Shown: in pieces, positions 45,787 through 55,293 of the stretch
Layout of the letters: the number at the start of each line of letters is the position of its first letter
Position numbering within the stretch: the stretch's first letter is position 1
NCBI GenBank assembly: GCA_002868925.1
Contig: PKTZ01000109.1
Coordinates: 1-62,620 of the forward strand
Source of the DNA: Desulfuromonas sp.
GTDB lineage: Bacteria; Desulfobacterota; Desulfuromonadia; Desulfuromonadales; UBA2294
DNA: 62,620 nt
Direction: 5' to 3'
Notes under the pieces: generated by a model
What the model was told of the DNA's origin: nothing
Databases searched by the model: none
What the model saw: the letters and a program-made list of their open reading frames with translations, nothing else
Made by a program: the position numbers and the translations under genes

Positions 45787-47898
45787 ATGAGCAAGAAAAT
45801 GTTGATTAATGCCACCCATCTCGAGGAGAGTCGGGTGGCCATCGTCGAGGACGGTTTATTGACCGAACTCGACATCGAAATCGCAGGTAGCGAACAGAAC
45901 AAGGGGAACATCTACAAGGCGACCGTGGTCCGCGTTGAACAGGGACTACAGGCCGCCTTTGTAGATTACGGGGCGAACCGTCTCGGCTTTCTGCAGATCG
46001 GCGAACTGCATCCGTCCCTCTTTCTAAAAAAGGAGGGAGACGGTGGCGGTCGCATGCGCATCAACGAGGTTCTGAAGCGTGGCCAGGAGTTGATGGTGCA
46101 GATCGTTCGCGAAGAGCGGGGGACGAAGGGGGCCGCCCTGACGACGAACCTCTCCCTCCCCGGCCGTTACATGGTCCTGATGCCGGACAGCACCACCAAG
46201 GGAGTCTCGCGCAAAGTCGAGGATGACGCCAGCCGGAAGAAACTAAAGGAAGCGATGGCCTCGCTCAAGATTCCGGAGAACATGGGGTACATTGTTCGCA
46301 CCGCCGGGATCGGCCAGAAGGTGACCGAGCTGCGGCGCGACTTCAAGTACCTGACCAGCATCTACAAAAAAATTCTACAGACAAGCAAGAAAGAAAAGGC
46401 ACCGGCCCTGCTCTACCAGGAGTCGAACGTCGTCATCCGCTCGATCCGCGAGTACTTCAGCCCCGACATGGACGAGGTCCTGATCGACGACCCGGAGGTA
46501 TTCAGCGAGGCCCAGGAATTTTTCAAGGCGATCATGCCGTCACAGGTCAAAATCCTCAAGCAGCACCAGGAGCGACGTCCCATCTTCTCCCGCTACCAGG
46601 TCGAGGACCAGATCGAAACCATTACCAGCAACAAGGTCCAGCTCCCGTCCGGCGGTTCGATCGTCATCGACCAGACCGAAGCGCTGGTCGCCATCGACGT
46701 CAACTCCGGTCGCCTCTCCTCCGAAAAGGGGATCGAGGCGACAGCCTTCAAGTCGAACATGGAAGCGGCAGCCGAAGTAGGTCGCCAGCTGAGGCTACGC
46801 GACCTCGGCGGACTGATCGTCATCGACTTTATCGACATGCGCGAACGCAAGAACAACCGCGAAGTCGAAAAGGCACTGAAAAACTCGCTCAAGAACGACA
46901 AGGCTCGGCTCACCGTCGGCAAGATCAGCCAGTTCGGCCTGCTCGAGATGAGTCGACAACGGATGCGACCGACCCTGGCCGAAGGGGCCTACCTGACTTG
47001 CCCCAACTGCCTCGGTAGTGGCCGGGTCAAGAGCGCCGAAGCCCAGGCGGTCGCCGCCCTGCGCCAGATTCACACCGCCTGCGCCAAGGGGCGGGTCGAT
47101 AAAGCTGAGTTGCACGTCCCGAGCGAGGTAGGAAACTACCTGCTCAACACCCGGCGCGAAGAACTGGTCGAGATGGAGAAACAGCTCAAGCTCTCGATCA
47201 CCATCAGCGGCCATTCCAGCTACACCGACGGCCAGACCGAGCTGAACATCATCCGTCGTGAGCACCGCGACGAGGACATGCAGGGCGACACCCCGGCGGC
47301 CGCTCCACAGAACGGGGTCGAAGAGAAGAAAGAACCGGCAAAGAAGAGATCACGACGCTCACGGCGCAAGCCGGAGAACAAGCCGTCCGAACAGGCGCAG
47401 CAAGAGCCGACACCGGACACTCCGGAAACAGAAGAGAACCAGCAGGCTGCGGCCACAACCGAATCGAACAACAAAGAAGAAGCCGACACGCCGAAACCGA
47501 AGCGCCGCCGCCGGCCGCGTCGTCGTTCATCGGCAAAACCGGCACCGCAACCGGACGAAGCACCAACTGTTGAAGCTGAGAAGTCGGCAGAGAAAATCAC
47601 CGAAACGGCCCCGGTAGAAAAGACGGAAGCAGCGGCAGCGACCGATCAAAAAACCGCTTCAGCCGAACCTGAAAAGAAAAAGGCGGAAGAGGAATCCAAA
47701 CCGGCTCCGAAAGGGAAGCGTCCACCCCGCCGGCGACCGGCGAAAAAGACCGAGGAGAAAAAGGAGACGCCGGAACCCGACAAGGGTGAAGAAAAGGCCA
47801 AGAGTGAAGAGAAACCAGCCGAAAAACCGCAACCCAAGCGATCCTTCGCCGAACCATTCATGGAACCGCTTAAATCGGGTGGCGACGATAACGAGTAG
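45787..47898 (+). CDS. rne: Ribonuclease E/G family endoribonuclease
   Basis: 703 aa. S1 domain plus catalytic core (ALVAIDVNSG, GLIVIDFIDM, CPNCLGSG Zn-link) and a low-complexity K/E/P/R-rich C-terminal tail. A long 5' UTR (about 280 nt) precedes it. Confidence 0.9.
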   Translation: MSKKMLINATHLEESRVAIVEDGLLTELDIEIAGSEQNKGNIYKATVVRVEQGLQAAFVDYGANRLGFLQIGELHPSLFLKKEGDGGGRMRINEVLKRGQELMVQIVREERGTKGAALTTNLSLPGRYMVLMPDSTTKGVSRKVEDDASRKKLKEAMASLKIPENMGYIVRTAGIGQKVTELRRDFKYLTSIYKKILQTSKKEKAPALLYQESNVVIRSIREYFSPDMDEVLIDDPEVFSEAQEFFKAIMPSQVKILKQHQERRPIFSRYQVEDQIETITSNKVQLPSGGSIVIDQTEALVAIDVNSGRLSSEKGIEATAFKSNMEAAAEVGRQLRLRDLGGLIVIDFIDMRERKNNREVEKALKNSLKNDKARLTVGKISQFGLLEMSRQRMRPTLAEGAYLTCPNCLGSGRVKSAEAQAVAALRQIHTACAKGRVDKAELHVPSEVGNYLLNTRREELVEMEKQLKLSITISGHSSYTDGQTELNIIRREHRDEDMQGDTPAAAPQNGVEEKKEPAKKRSRRSRRKPENKPSEQAQQEPTPDTPETEENQQAAATTESNNKEEADTPKPKRRRRPRRRSSAKPAPQPDEAPTVEAEKSAEKITETAPVEKTEAAAATDQKTASAEPEKKKAEEESKPAPKGKRPPRRRPAKKTEEKKETPEPDKGEEKAKSEEKPAEKPQPKRSFAEPFMEPLKSGGDDNE

Positions 47899-47907
47899 AA
47901 ACAGAGA

Positions 47908-47938
47908 AAGGGGCAGAATTCAATTCTGCCCCTTTTTA
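47908..47938 (+). terminator. Intrinsic terminator of rne
   Basis: GGGGCAGAATT-C-AATTCTGCCCC followed by TTTTT. Confidence 0.85.
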
Positions 47939-48087
47939 GTCTGGATCGTGCCTAAGGACTGTACCTTTCACTTCTCTTTCACCGCATACTAAAAATCCTT
48001 AGATAATATAAGAATGTGCTCTAAGTTGAACTGCCTCGGGAACGAGGCATTGCTCTCGCGCAAGAACCTCATCCAGAAGGTTGCGCC

Positions 48088-48552
48088 TCAGCTATATATT
48101 TTCAATTTCAGGGTTTGTAGCAACTCGCTTGGGAACTCCCATGACCAAACTGAGCTCATCGCGTCCGGCTCACTCCAGGCGGGGTCTGCCTCAAGTTTCT
48201 CCAAACTCCTGCAAAATGTTTTTATCATTTTTGAACCCTCACATTGATGTTGAAGCAAAGGCTCATTCTCTTCAGCAGATGCGACGACAAGATCTATTTC
48301 ATTATTGACGCTCTTAAAAGTCCATTCTACCCATGCGGGTTCAAGTGACCACGCTACAACACCCTCTATACTTCCTGCGAATAAATCCAACAGGACTTTG
48401 ACCAACTCATACAGTGAATTGCAAGGAACGTCCGAAACCTCAAGCTCAATGTCATACTCAGATGAAGACAGTTCTATTGCCAGCCAGCCATGATCTGGAG
48501 TGCCAAATTGAAGAGTTAAATCATCCATTTTCCCCATTGAGATGTTCTTCAT
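48088..48552 (-). CDS. Hypothetical acidic cytoplasmic protein
   Basis: 154 aa with AT-rich codon usage and no signal peptide. No family recognised. Confidence 0.45.
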   Translation of the reverse strand: MKNISMGKMDDLTLQFGTPDHGWLAIELSSSEYDIELEVSDVPCNSLYELVKVLLDLFAGSIEGVVAWSLEPAWVEWTFKSVNNEIDLVVASAEENEPLLQHQCEGSKMIKTFCRSLEKLEADPAWSEPDAMSSVWSWEFPSELLQTLKLKIYS

Positions 48553-48662
48553 TTATTGAGAATCTAACGTCTCTTGTGTTGTCCTATTTTATAACTTTCT
48601 TTATGCCCTAAGTTTTACCAAACCACCGACTAAACATTTCTGCGACCGGATTCTTTCAGTGA

Positions 48663-49433
48663 CTACTTGCCTTCAGGCTGGATATAAGGCTTATACATCA
48701 GCGCAATATAATATGACCTTCCCGGGCTGACGGTTTCGGCATAAACTTCAACATCGAGGGTCGGAAGAATCTCAAACAACCTGTTGATATCACAGTTTTG
48801 AAATGAGGACTGCCAGTTTGACTCGAACGTCTCATCCGAAGCCGAACTTCCCTTTAATTCTTGGTTTCGTTGAAGCGCTATGTGACAGTCTCCATCCCGG
48901 AAAATGAGATCACCCGACGAAACAGCTTCTAAAGTTGACCCAGTACCGGAACCGTGCATTATCTCAGTGAAAGTACCCTTAACTAGAAGCGACTTGCCAA
49001 AACGTTTTTTCCAGTAAGATTCGGTCACTTGCGGAGCTTCTTCTTCCGGATCGGAGATTGTTTCATCTATCATCTCCTGCCAGAACTTTCTAGCTGCTTC
49101 TTCCTGTCGGGCTGCGACCTCATCCTTAATAGAAGGAGATCCGACCGCTTCACTCTTATTTTGCCCCGCCTCCGGCTCACCGGAACTCATATAAACCGTT
49201 CCCTCACCATCTGCCATCCACCGCAAAGCATCGAAAACAGCCCTCGTACGGCCGTCTCCTATCCCGACAAATAGGTTCGTTTTATCGTCAGCGGCGAATC
49301 CCGAGCAAATCCAGTCCGGAGCCTGAACATCGGGAGCATCGGGAAAAACACATGTTTTACTGTCTGCTTCAGCAAAGGCAATTGAGCAAAGCAATAGGTA
49401 GCCACAAAAAAAACAATTCAGAAATTTGAACAT
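48663..49433 (-). CDS. Hypothetical secreted protein (first gene after GEMM-I riboswitch copy 1)
   Basis: Start moved to the ATG at 49433 (MFKFLNCFFCGYLLLCSIAFAEA, a signal peptide), because the upstream part of the track ORF overlaps the terminator hairpin. Confidence 0.6.
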   Translation of the reverse strand: MFKFLNCFFCGYLLLCSIAFAEADSKTCVFPDAPDVQAPDWICSGFAADDKTNLFVGIGDGRTRAVFDALRWMADGEGTVYMSSGEPEAGQNKSEAVGSPSIKDEVAARQEEAARKFWQEMIDETISDPEEEAPQVTESYWKKRFGKSLLVKGTFTEIMHGSGTGSTLEAVSSGDLIFRDGDCHIALQRNQELKGSSASDETFESNWQSSFQNCDINRLFEILPTLDVEVYAETVSPGRSYYIALMYKPYIQPEGK

Positions 49434-49449
49434 TTCAAAACCTTTCGTA

Positions 49450-49483
49450 TGAAAAAAGCCAACCATATAGACATGGATGGCTT
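49450..49483 (-). terminator. Expression-platform terminator of riboswitch copy 1
   Basis: Minus strand AAGCCATCCAT-GTCT-ATATGGTTGGCTT followed by TTTTTTC, about 20 nt after the aptamer. Confidence 0.75.
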
Positions 49484-49502
49484 TGAATTCTGTTTAGCTC
49501 CC

Positions 49503-49579
49503 TCCCCATGCAACCCGGCTGTCACAGTAAGACCATTGGCTTTGCGTCACTGAATTGCTTCAGTTTTGCTCTCTGGAAA
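49503..49579 (-). promoter_or_regulatory. GEMM-I cyclic-dinucleotide riboswitch aptamer, copy 1 (A at the specificity position)
   Basis: Minus strand TTTCCAGAGAGCAAAACTGAAGCAATTCAGTGACGCAAAGCCAATGGTCTTACTGTGACAGCCGGGTTGCATGGGGA. This shows P1 (TTTCCA/TGGGGA), the GCAAA block, a hairpin capped by the GNRA loop GCAA, GACGCAAAGCC, and the ...CAGCCGGGTTGC 3' block, the same order as in the V. cholerae Vc2 aptamer. Confidence 0.85.
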
Positions 49580-50038
49580 ATCAATGTAACACAAATATGC
49601 AAGATGACATATGTTCTTTTTGCCTGATATATTTCCTTAATAGCCACGGGTGATGGGGTTTTTAGGTTTTTACTAAAAGCCCTCCTCCAACTTTTAGGTG
49701 TTCAGTAATAGCCCGTTAAACACTTTCCCTAAAATAGACTGCAATTTGAGAATGGCGAAAGCCTCTCACCTGTCGTGATAAATAAAAAAACTATGTTATC
49801 GGAGGGGTAATCATGCAAGCATAAATCGCAATATCATTGTCAATTCAAGTTTTCGATGTTAATATCCACTCACTAATCAATATTTTTTGTTTTGTTGGTT
49901 GGAGGGGCCGACAAACAAAAGATATAAAGCAATAATGAATACCACTCCAAAGAATAATTGAGGGTGGTTTTTTATTGGCAAACTTCTACATACTCTCGAA
50001 TTAACCGCAACCTGCCATTACTAACTCAGGAGACTCAC

Positions 50039-50584
50039 ATGACCAGAACCGCTACGATTGTAATTTTTTTATTGTTCATTTCAATTTCATCTTTTGCAGA
50101 CAGCCCGCAGCTTCAACAAATGAAAGACATGATTAAGCAGATGGAAAAAAGCGGCAATGTCCCACCGAGTCTTTATAAGATGGTGAAAGACCTTGAAGAA
50201 CTTGAAAAAGAAAATGGGCCTGCTGACTTGAGTAGCCTTAAAGTTGAGGAGGAAGACTGCACCGACGATCTTCTTGCAGGGGTATGGTATGCAAACAATG
50301 GACTGACAAAGCTTGAGCTATTAGACGGTGGGCAGGCAGTCTTAAAAAATGACGATGTGACCGGACAATATGAAACGGATGCTCGATTCAAATGGAGCTC
50401 ATCTTCTGCAGGATTTACTGCAGATTATAGTAAATCAAAAGGTGGATATGTCAGAGTAATTGAAAAAAGAACGGGCAAAGCACCTGTAGGATCGAACGAA
50501 TATCGCTACCCTAAAACAGATACTGTCCGTTGTCGATATATGGGTAATATGCTCGATATTGGATACACAATATACAATCGATAA
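50039..50584 (+). CDS. Hypothetical secreted protein
   Basis: ATG at 50039 with AGGAG upstream. Signal peptide MTRTATIVIFLLFISISSFA. 181 aa. Confidence 0.55.
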   Translation: MTRTATIVIFLLFISISSFADSPQLQQMKDMIKQMEKSGNVPPSLYKMVKDLEELEKENGPADLSSLKVEEEDCTDDLLAGVWYANNGLTKLELLDGGQAVLKNDDVTGQYETDARFKWSSSSAGFTADYSKSKGGYVRVIEKRTGKAPVGSNEYRYPKTDTVRCRYMGNMLDIGYTIYNR

Positions 50585-50593
50585 TGTAAAACA

Positions 50594-50641
50594 TTGCTTC
50601 GGGAGCAAGGGGGCGAGGTTCAAATCCTCTCGTTCCGACCA
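50594..50641 (+). pseudogene. 3' fragment of a class-II-like tRNA (variable arm + T-arm + acceptor + CCA)
   Basis: TTGCT-TCGGG-AGCAA stem-loop, then GGGGG-CGAGG-TTCAAAT-CCTCT-CGTTCCG-A-CCA. No matching 5' acceptor strand, D-arm or anticodon arm lies upstream. A terminator follows immediately. Confidence 0.5.
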
Positions 50642-50650
50642 ATTATAAAA

Positions 50651-50680
50651 AGAGCGATCCTAATCAGGGTCGCTCTTTTC
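50651..50680 (+). terminator. Intrinsic terminator after the tRNA fragment
   Basis: AGAGCGATCC-TAATCA-GGGTCGCTCT followed by TTTT. Confidence 0.75.
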
Positions 50681-50771
50681 TTATATATCTACTATTGTTA
50701 ATCAGAGGTTGAATTGCCCCCTGTTTTGATGTTTCCTATAAATCCTGCAATTCAAAAGAGAATAAAGCCCC

Positions 50772-50987
50772 TCACCGAACAAGCCTTCCCTCCCGTCGTG
50801 CTTTTTTAATTTCCTCGGATGTGGCTAGCCGGCAGGAATACCCCTGACACAAACATGACTGACATGGATCACATCTAAATGAGATCATGCGACCAGTACA
50901 CTCACCACTGCAATATTGTTTAAATAATGAATCCTCTCCGTCGTCAACACCTTCTTTTGGTGCTGCACAAATCACAAACTCCCCCAT
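50772..50987 (-). CDS. Small Cys-rich hypothetical protein (71 aa)
   Basis: ORF with 10 Cys (CSGEC, CDPCQSCLCQGYSC). The coding status is uncertain. Confidence 0.3.
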   Translation of the reverse strand: MGEFVICAAPKEGVDDGEDSLFKQYCSGECTGRMISFRCDPCQSCLCQGYSCRLATSEEIKKARREGRLVR

Positions 50988-51058
50988 GATCCCTCCTTAT
51001 AAAATTAATCTTTCAATTTAAAATAGTGAAACGTCACTCGTCAGTCGTGATATTTAAG

Positions 51059-51379
51059 CTACATTTTTGAAAGTATAATAACTTCAAATATGATCTCCTC
51101 ATCTGGAATATTTCGCCCTTGATCAAAGTGACGATAAACTCGGATTTGGAATAAATCTCCTACCTCAACAGGGAGAAATTCCTCCGAGACACGAACCTGC
51201 TTATAAAAATTACCAGATTCAACGAGATCAACACTTTGCCCTGCTGTTTGTTGATGAACTTTTACAACTCTAGCTACTACATCGAGTTCGTTATAGCCGG
51301 GAATGTAAGTGCGACAGCCAACAGTGATGACTATTATAAAAGTAAGAACTAGACCACATAAATAAGAGCGCCAATTCAT
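51059..51379 (-). CDS. Hypothetical lipoprotein (106 aa)
   Basis: Internal ATG at 51379 with GGAGG upstream. Lipobox ITVGC. Confidence 0.5.
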   Translation of the reverse strand: MNWRSYLCGLVLTFIIVITVGCRTYIPGYNELDVVARVVKVHQQTAGQSVDLVESGNFYKQVRVSEEFLPVEVGDLFQIRVYRHFDQGRNIPDEEIIFEVIILSKM

Positions 51380-51473
51380 AAGTACATTCCTCCATTTATT
51401 CTGCAATTTGGGAGTGGATAACACCTCTCACCAATCGTGATTTATAAAAGCACCAACACTGTTTTCAACTTGT

Positions 51474-52331
51474 TCATTCTAACTTCTTAACTCCCAACAC
51501 ATTTGGGACAGGCCAAGCAGCTCCATTATGATCATGTTCGGTAAATCCCGTTTCATAGCTACCGAACTTCTCATATGTTTGACCGTCGATATTAACGAAC
51601 ATTTGCGCTTCCGGACCACCTTCCAGATGTTGAGCGGCAACTAAGTTGAGGTCAAGTGAAAGGAGTTTGTTGTTAAAGTCGTGCATGCTCATCGGCGCCC
51701 GGCAAAAAATAAACAGGATGCGCCCCATCGAATCCTCGCCGAGGGCGACCTCACTCCAGGCTTTTTCCTGCTGACTCCAACGATTTTGACCAGGCTTCTT
51801 GATCAGTCTCAAATTCTGAACAACAGAACTGTAATCTTGCAATATCGAATCAACGCTCACTCCCGGGACATCTAGATCAAACATACAAAAAGGTGGCAAA
51901 CCTTCTCGCCGTGGATCGAACGCGGCGACAGACTTATATGAATTGACATGACCACTAAGAACCTGGTCGCGCACCTGCATGAAACCGAGATGCGTACGAT
52001 GGTCCTGGCCAAACATCCCAGCATTAATTACAGCTGCTAACTTCCGATTCCAACTCCACTCACGCGCCGTCATTCCGCCCGAATCTGAAGCGAGCATGGG
52101 GGTGGCAATATCCAGACCCCACTTTTGCGGATCAACCCGCAACACTGTGATATCCGTGTCTGAAACAGGGACGGGCGAATTGACTTCAAACCGTGCGACC
52201 TGCATGCCGGGAGCAAGAATTTCCCAAGCAGTCTCAGCAATCGATACACAAGGCAAAAAAAGCTGTAGGCACACTCCGAATAATAGAAACAGCCAACTAA
52301 TAAATCTCATAAAAACCAGATTACTCACCAC
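51474..52331 (-). CDS. Phosphodiester glycosidase family protein (DUF2233-like)
   Basis: 285 aa with a signal peptide. Blocks AVINAGMFGQD..THLGF and LEGGPEAQM are typical of this family (recalled from memory). Confidence 0.55.
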   Translation of the reverse strand: MVSNLVFMRFISWLFLLFGVCLQLFLPCVSIAETAWEILAPGMQVARFEVNSPVPVSDTDITVLRVDPQKWGLDIATPMLASDSGGMTAREWSWNRKLAAVINAGMFGQDHRTHLGFMQVRDQVLSGHVNSYKSVAAFDPRREGLPPFCMFDLDVPGVSVDSILQDYSSVVQNLRLIKKPGQNRWSQQEKAWSEVALGEDSMGRILFIFCRAPMSMHDFNNKLLSLDLNLVAAQHLEGGPEAQMFVNIDGQTYEKFGSYETGFTEHDHNGAAWPVPNVLGVKKLE

Positions 52332-52337
52332 AAAATT

Positions 52338-52958
52338 CTAGAGAAGAAAAGGAACTGTCAATGCAACAACAAAAACGACAACAGGTAACGCATACAACAT
52401 AATCTTGCCAGGTCTACTTTGCGCTACCCTCTCAGGCCAGCTTGGCTGCATGAAACTGAAGACCACCCCTTTTCCCTCATACCATTCAAGACTCCACATC
52501 ATTCCAGCGCAAACATATATAACTGAAGACGCAAAGATGTTAGGCAGCCAGGTCATGGGATAGTAGCCGTCTTTCAAAAGCATATACAGATCGTATGACC
52601 AACTTACCGTGAACATCCAGACGCAGGCAGCGATATAGGTTTTAGTCCAGGACGTCTTGCCACGTAACTTCAGGAAGAGAGTGCCGATTGCCCAAGGTGC
52701 AGTGAGATATGCCAACACGCACATCATGGTTGAATCGTAATAGTCCCAAGTTGGATCTCCAGTGTAAGGTGCAATCACAGCCATGCCGATTGTCCCGACT
52801 ACGAACGTAACGACCTTCCAAGGCTGGAACAGTAGTTGCCAATAGTCTCTTTTGAAAAGTTCAAGAGACCTTCTTTTTTTATACAGGAGAACCCCAGCGA
52901 GTACGCAGGCCAGAAGGTAAAAGAGGATATAAGCTTTAAAAGGGAGTGTAAGAGTCAT
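52338..52958 (-). CDS. Hypothetical membrane protein
   Basis: 206 aa, about 6 TM helices, W/Y-rich. Its stop lies 6 nt upstream of the next gene's start. Confidence 0.5.
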   Translation of the reverse strand: MTLTLPFKAYILFYLLACVLAGVLLYKKRRSLELFKRDYWQLLFQPWKVVTFVVGTIGMAVIAPYTGDPTWDYYDSTMMCVLAYLTAPWAIGTLFLKLRGKTSWTKTYIAACVWMFTVSWSYDLYMLLKDGYYPMTWLPNIFASSVIYVCAGMMWSLEWYEGKGVVFSFMQPSWPERVAQSRPGKIMLYALPVVVFVVALTVPFLL

Positions 52959-53087
52959 ATAAGGGAATCTAGCACTGAGAATGCGTTGAGCAAATACCAG
53001 GGTTCATTTGACAATCTAACTTCTGGGAAAGTTGAATACACTTTCTAAAAAAAGTAATTTCCCAACACTCTCTTGTGCTGACAAAAC

Positions 53088-54122
53088 TCATTGCGTAACT
53101 ACCTCTCCTTTATTGTGCCAATTACCTGGAAGTTTCAACCCGAAAAAATCCAGCTTTTCAGTATTAAAATAAAGAATAGGTGACTCTGTAAAGCGGATTG
53201 GCATATCAGCCGGAGATTCATTTGAAAGAAGTATTTTTGAAGCCATCTCAGCAGATATACGTCCAAGTTCTTCATAATCAAAGCCAACTGAAAAAACAGC
53301 ACCATTAACTACAGAACTCTTATTGGAACTAAAAATAGGGACCTTATATTCTGTTGAAAGTTTGCTGATGGTAGAAAACGCTTGTTGGTCTACTGCATCC
53401 ATCGGCACGTAAAGCGCATCAACACGACCCGCAAGCCGAGAAAAAGCTTGTTCAACGTCATCTTGTTTAAACACGGGAACAGTTTTAAGCATCAACCTTC
53501 TGGCTCGGCATTCTCTCAAAATGCGATTAGAAATCTCCTTAGCGTTGTCTGTATTGGGATTAAAAATCATACCGACATGCCTTACCTTTGGGATCAACTC
53601 TATCAGGTAGTCAAGTTGAGCTCCAATCGGGCTAAGATCACTGGTACCCGTTATATTCCGTCCTAATCTTTTCCAGTTGGGGCCCGCAAGGTTTTTTCCA
53701 ACTTCGTTCCAGTCACTAAGTATTCCTGCAGAAACCGGATCAGTTGCCCCCAACACAATAGGAACCGACTTTGTTTCATTCGCTACAGATTGAGCTTGTT
53801 CAGCACCAACAACAAAAACCAGATCATAATCGTTATTGGCGAAAGATTGGGCCATTCGGTATGTTTTCATTGGGTTTTCTTCGGCAACCTGAAGGATGAA
53901 GGTTGCTTTCCCATTGAGCAGTTCAGAAAGTCTCAACTGGAATCGCGATATCATCTTGTCAAAAATGGGATGGTGGCTGCCTTGGAATACGCCTATCTTG
54001 AATTCTTTAGGAGTCGTAGATTCTTGTGCGCTTGCTTGCTGGGAATAATGAAAAACGCCTAAAACAATCAGCAAAACAAAAAAACATAATGGTTTTCTTT
54101 TCCAACAAAAACTCATTTCCAA
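53088..54122 (-). CDS. ABC-transporter-type periplasmic substrate-binding protein (ABC_sub_bind-like), orphan
   Basis: 344 aa with a signal peptide and a two-lobe SBP pattern (KIGVFQGSHHPIFD..., VFVVGAEQA, ALYVPMD). No permease or ATPase gene is adjacent. Confidence 0.55.
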   Translation of the reverse strand: MEMSFCWKRKPLCFFVLLIVLGVFHYSQQASAQESTTPKEFKIGVFQGSHHPIFDKMISRFQLRLSELLNGKATFILQVAEENPMKTYRMAQSFANNDYDLVFVVGAEQAQSVANETKSVPIVLGATDPVSAGILSDWNEVGKNLAGPNWKRLGRNITGTSDLSPIGAQLDYLIELIPKVRHVGMIFNPNTDNAKEISNRILRECRARRLMLKTVPVFKQDDVEQAFSRLAGRVDALYVPMDAVDQQAFSTISKLSTEYKVPIFSSNKSSVVNGAVFSVGFDYEELGRISAEMASKILLSNESPADMPIRFTESPILYFNTEKLDFFGLKLPGNWHNKGEVVTQ

Positions 54123-54359
54123 CTCCCATTTAGAATAGCCTTAATATTAAGCAATTAAACAACGACTCCCGTCGAGTCGGGAGGAAAGAAAAAGCGCCTT
54201 TTATGATTAACACTAGCCGCGGAGCGCAGAATACTTCAAACAATAAAGAAACTATTTTACTTGGCTACAGATCCCCGCAGATCCGGAATCCATTTCATTT
54301 GCAATACACCCAAATTGCAAAGAACAATCAAACAAATGACCGTTTCTTAAGTATGTAGT

Positions 54360-55091
54360 TTAAATGGCTTCGAAAGAATAATTACCATTTAGGACGACGA
54401 CATTCGGGGGCCTTTTGCTTTCCGAAAAAAAATCATAACCTTTCTTCAGGTTCTGCCAAAATGAAAACCATTTTGACTCCTCATGACGAGCCATATTCTC
54501 TTCCGTCATTCTGAAGGGAAAGATATGAACCCTGAAGAAAGGTTGTCCGTTTCGTAAAGCTGCATCGATAATCGTATAGATTTCTTCAATCTGCTCATCC
54601 GTCATCGCGTAACATCCGATTGAAACACAATCCCCGTGGACCATGATAGCGCTGCCGGTTCTTCCCTGGCTCCGATCGTATACATTTGGATAGCCGATAT
54701 TGAAAGATAAGTAAAAGGTACTGTAAGGATTAAGTTGGCGAGGTGTAACAAAATAAAACCCCTCAGGACTCTGATTGTCGCCTTCCCTGAGTTTTGGCCC
54801 GAGATCTCCAGAGTAATAACAAATCGGGTAAGTTTTGAATAACTTAAAAATATCGTTTTTTTCGACCCAGAGTTCCAACTCTGATGATTCTTTGAAAATC
54901 CGAATATAAACGGGCATCCCGAGAAGCAACCCTTGATTTTCTAATTCGGGAAAAATTCTTTGAGAAGCTTCTGCGATCGCTTTTTTTGATCTTGTGCTTG
55001 AAGGTATCTCCACAGCAAAAGAGCTCGCACTTGCCAAAATCCCTATTAGAAAAAATAAAATAATAATCTGTCTCAAAAAACTTCCCCTCAT
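54360..55091 (-). CDS. L,D-transpeptidase-fold protein (YkuD/YafK-like)
   Basis: 243 aa with a signal peptide. Catalytic block GSAIMVHGDCVSIGCYAM (H-G ... S-x-G-C). Confidence 0.75.
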   Translation of the reverse strand: MRGSFLRQIIILFFLIGILASASSFAVEIPSSTRSKKAIAEASQRIFPELENQGLLLGMPVYIRIFKESSELELWVEKNDIFKLFKTYPICYYSGDLGPKLREGDNQSPEGFYFVTPRQLNPYSTFYLSFNIGYPNVYDRSQGRTGSAIMVHGDCVSIGCYAMTDEQIEEIYTIIDAALRNGQPFFRVHIFPFRMTEENMARHEESKWFSFWQNLKKGYDFFSESKRPPNVVVLNGNYSFEAI

Positions 55092-55293
55092 GGATTCAAT
55101 AACAGCGCAGAGTTGCCGATATTAATTGCCTCATTTTGGATAAAAACACCTAATGTACAAAGTGATTTGAATATCCCCTGCTTATTTTCCAAGAACAGTA
55201 AATCCCTACACACCAAAATATTTACCCTCCCGGTACTTCCTGGCAGTTGTTCAATTGAAAAACAACTAAAGGCTCATGATATACATTCGTTTT

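Noticed and set aside
50552-50641. Possibility of a complete tRNA gene at 50.6 kb
   Set aside because: Only the variable-arm-like hairpin, T-arm and acceptor 3' strand with CCA are present. No upstream sequence can pair with CGTTCCG, and there is no D-arm or anticodon arm. It is therefore reported as a fragment only.
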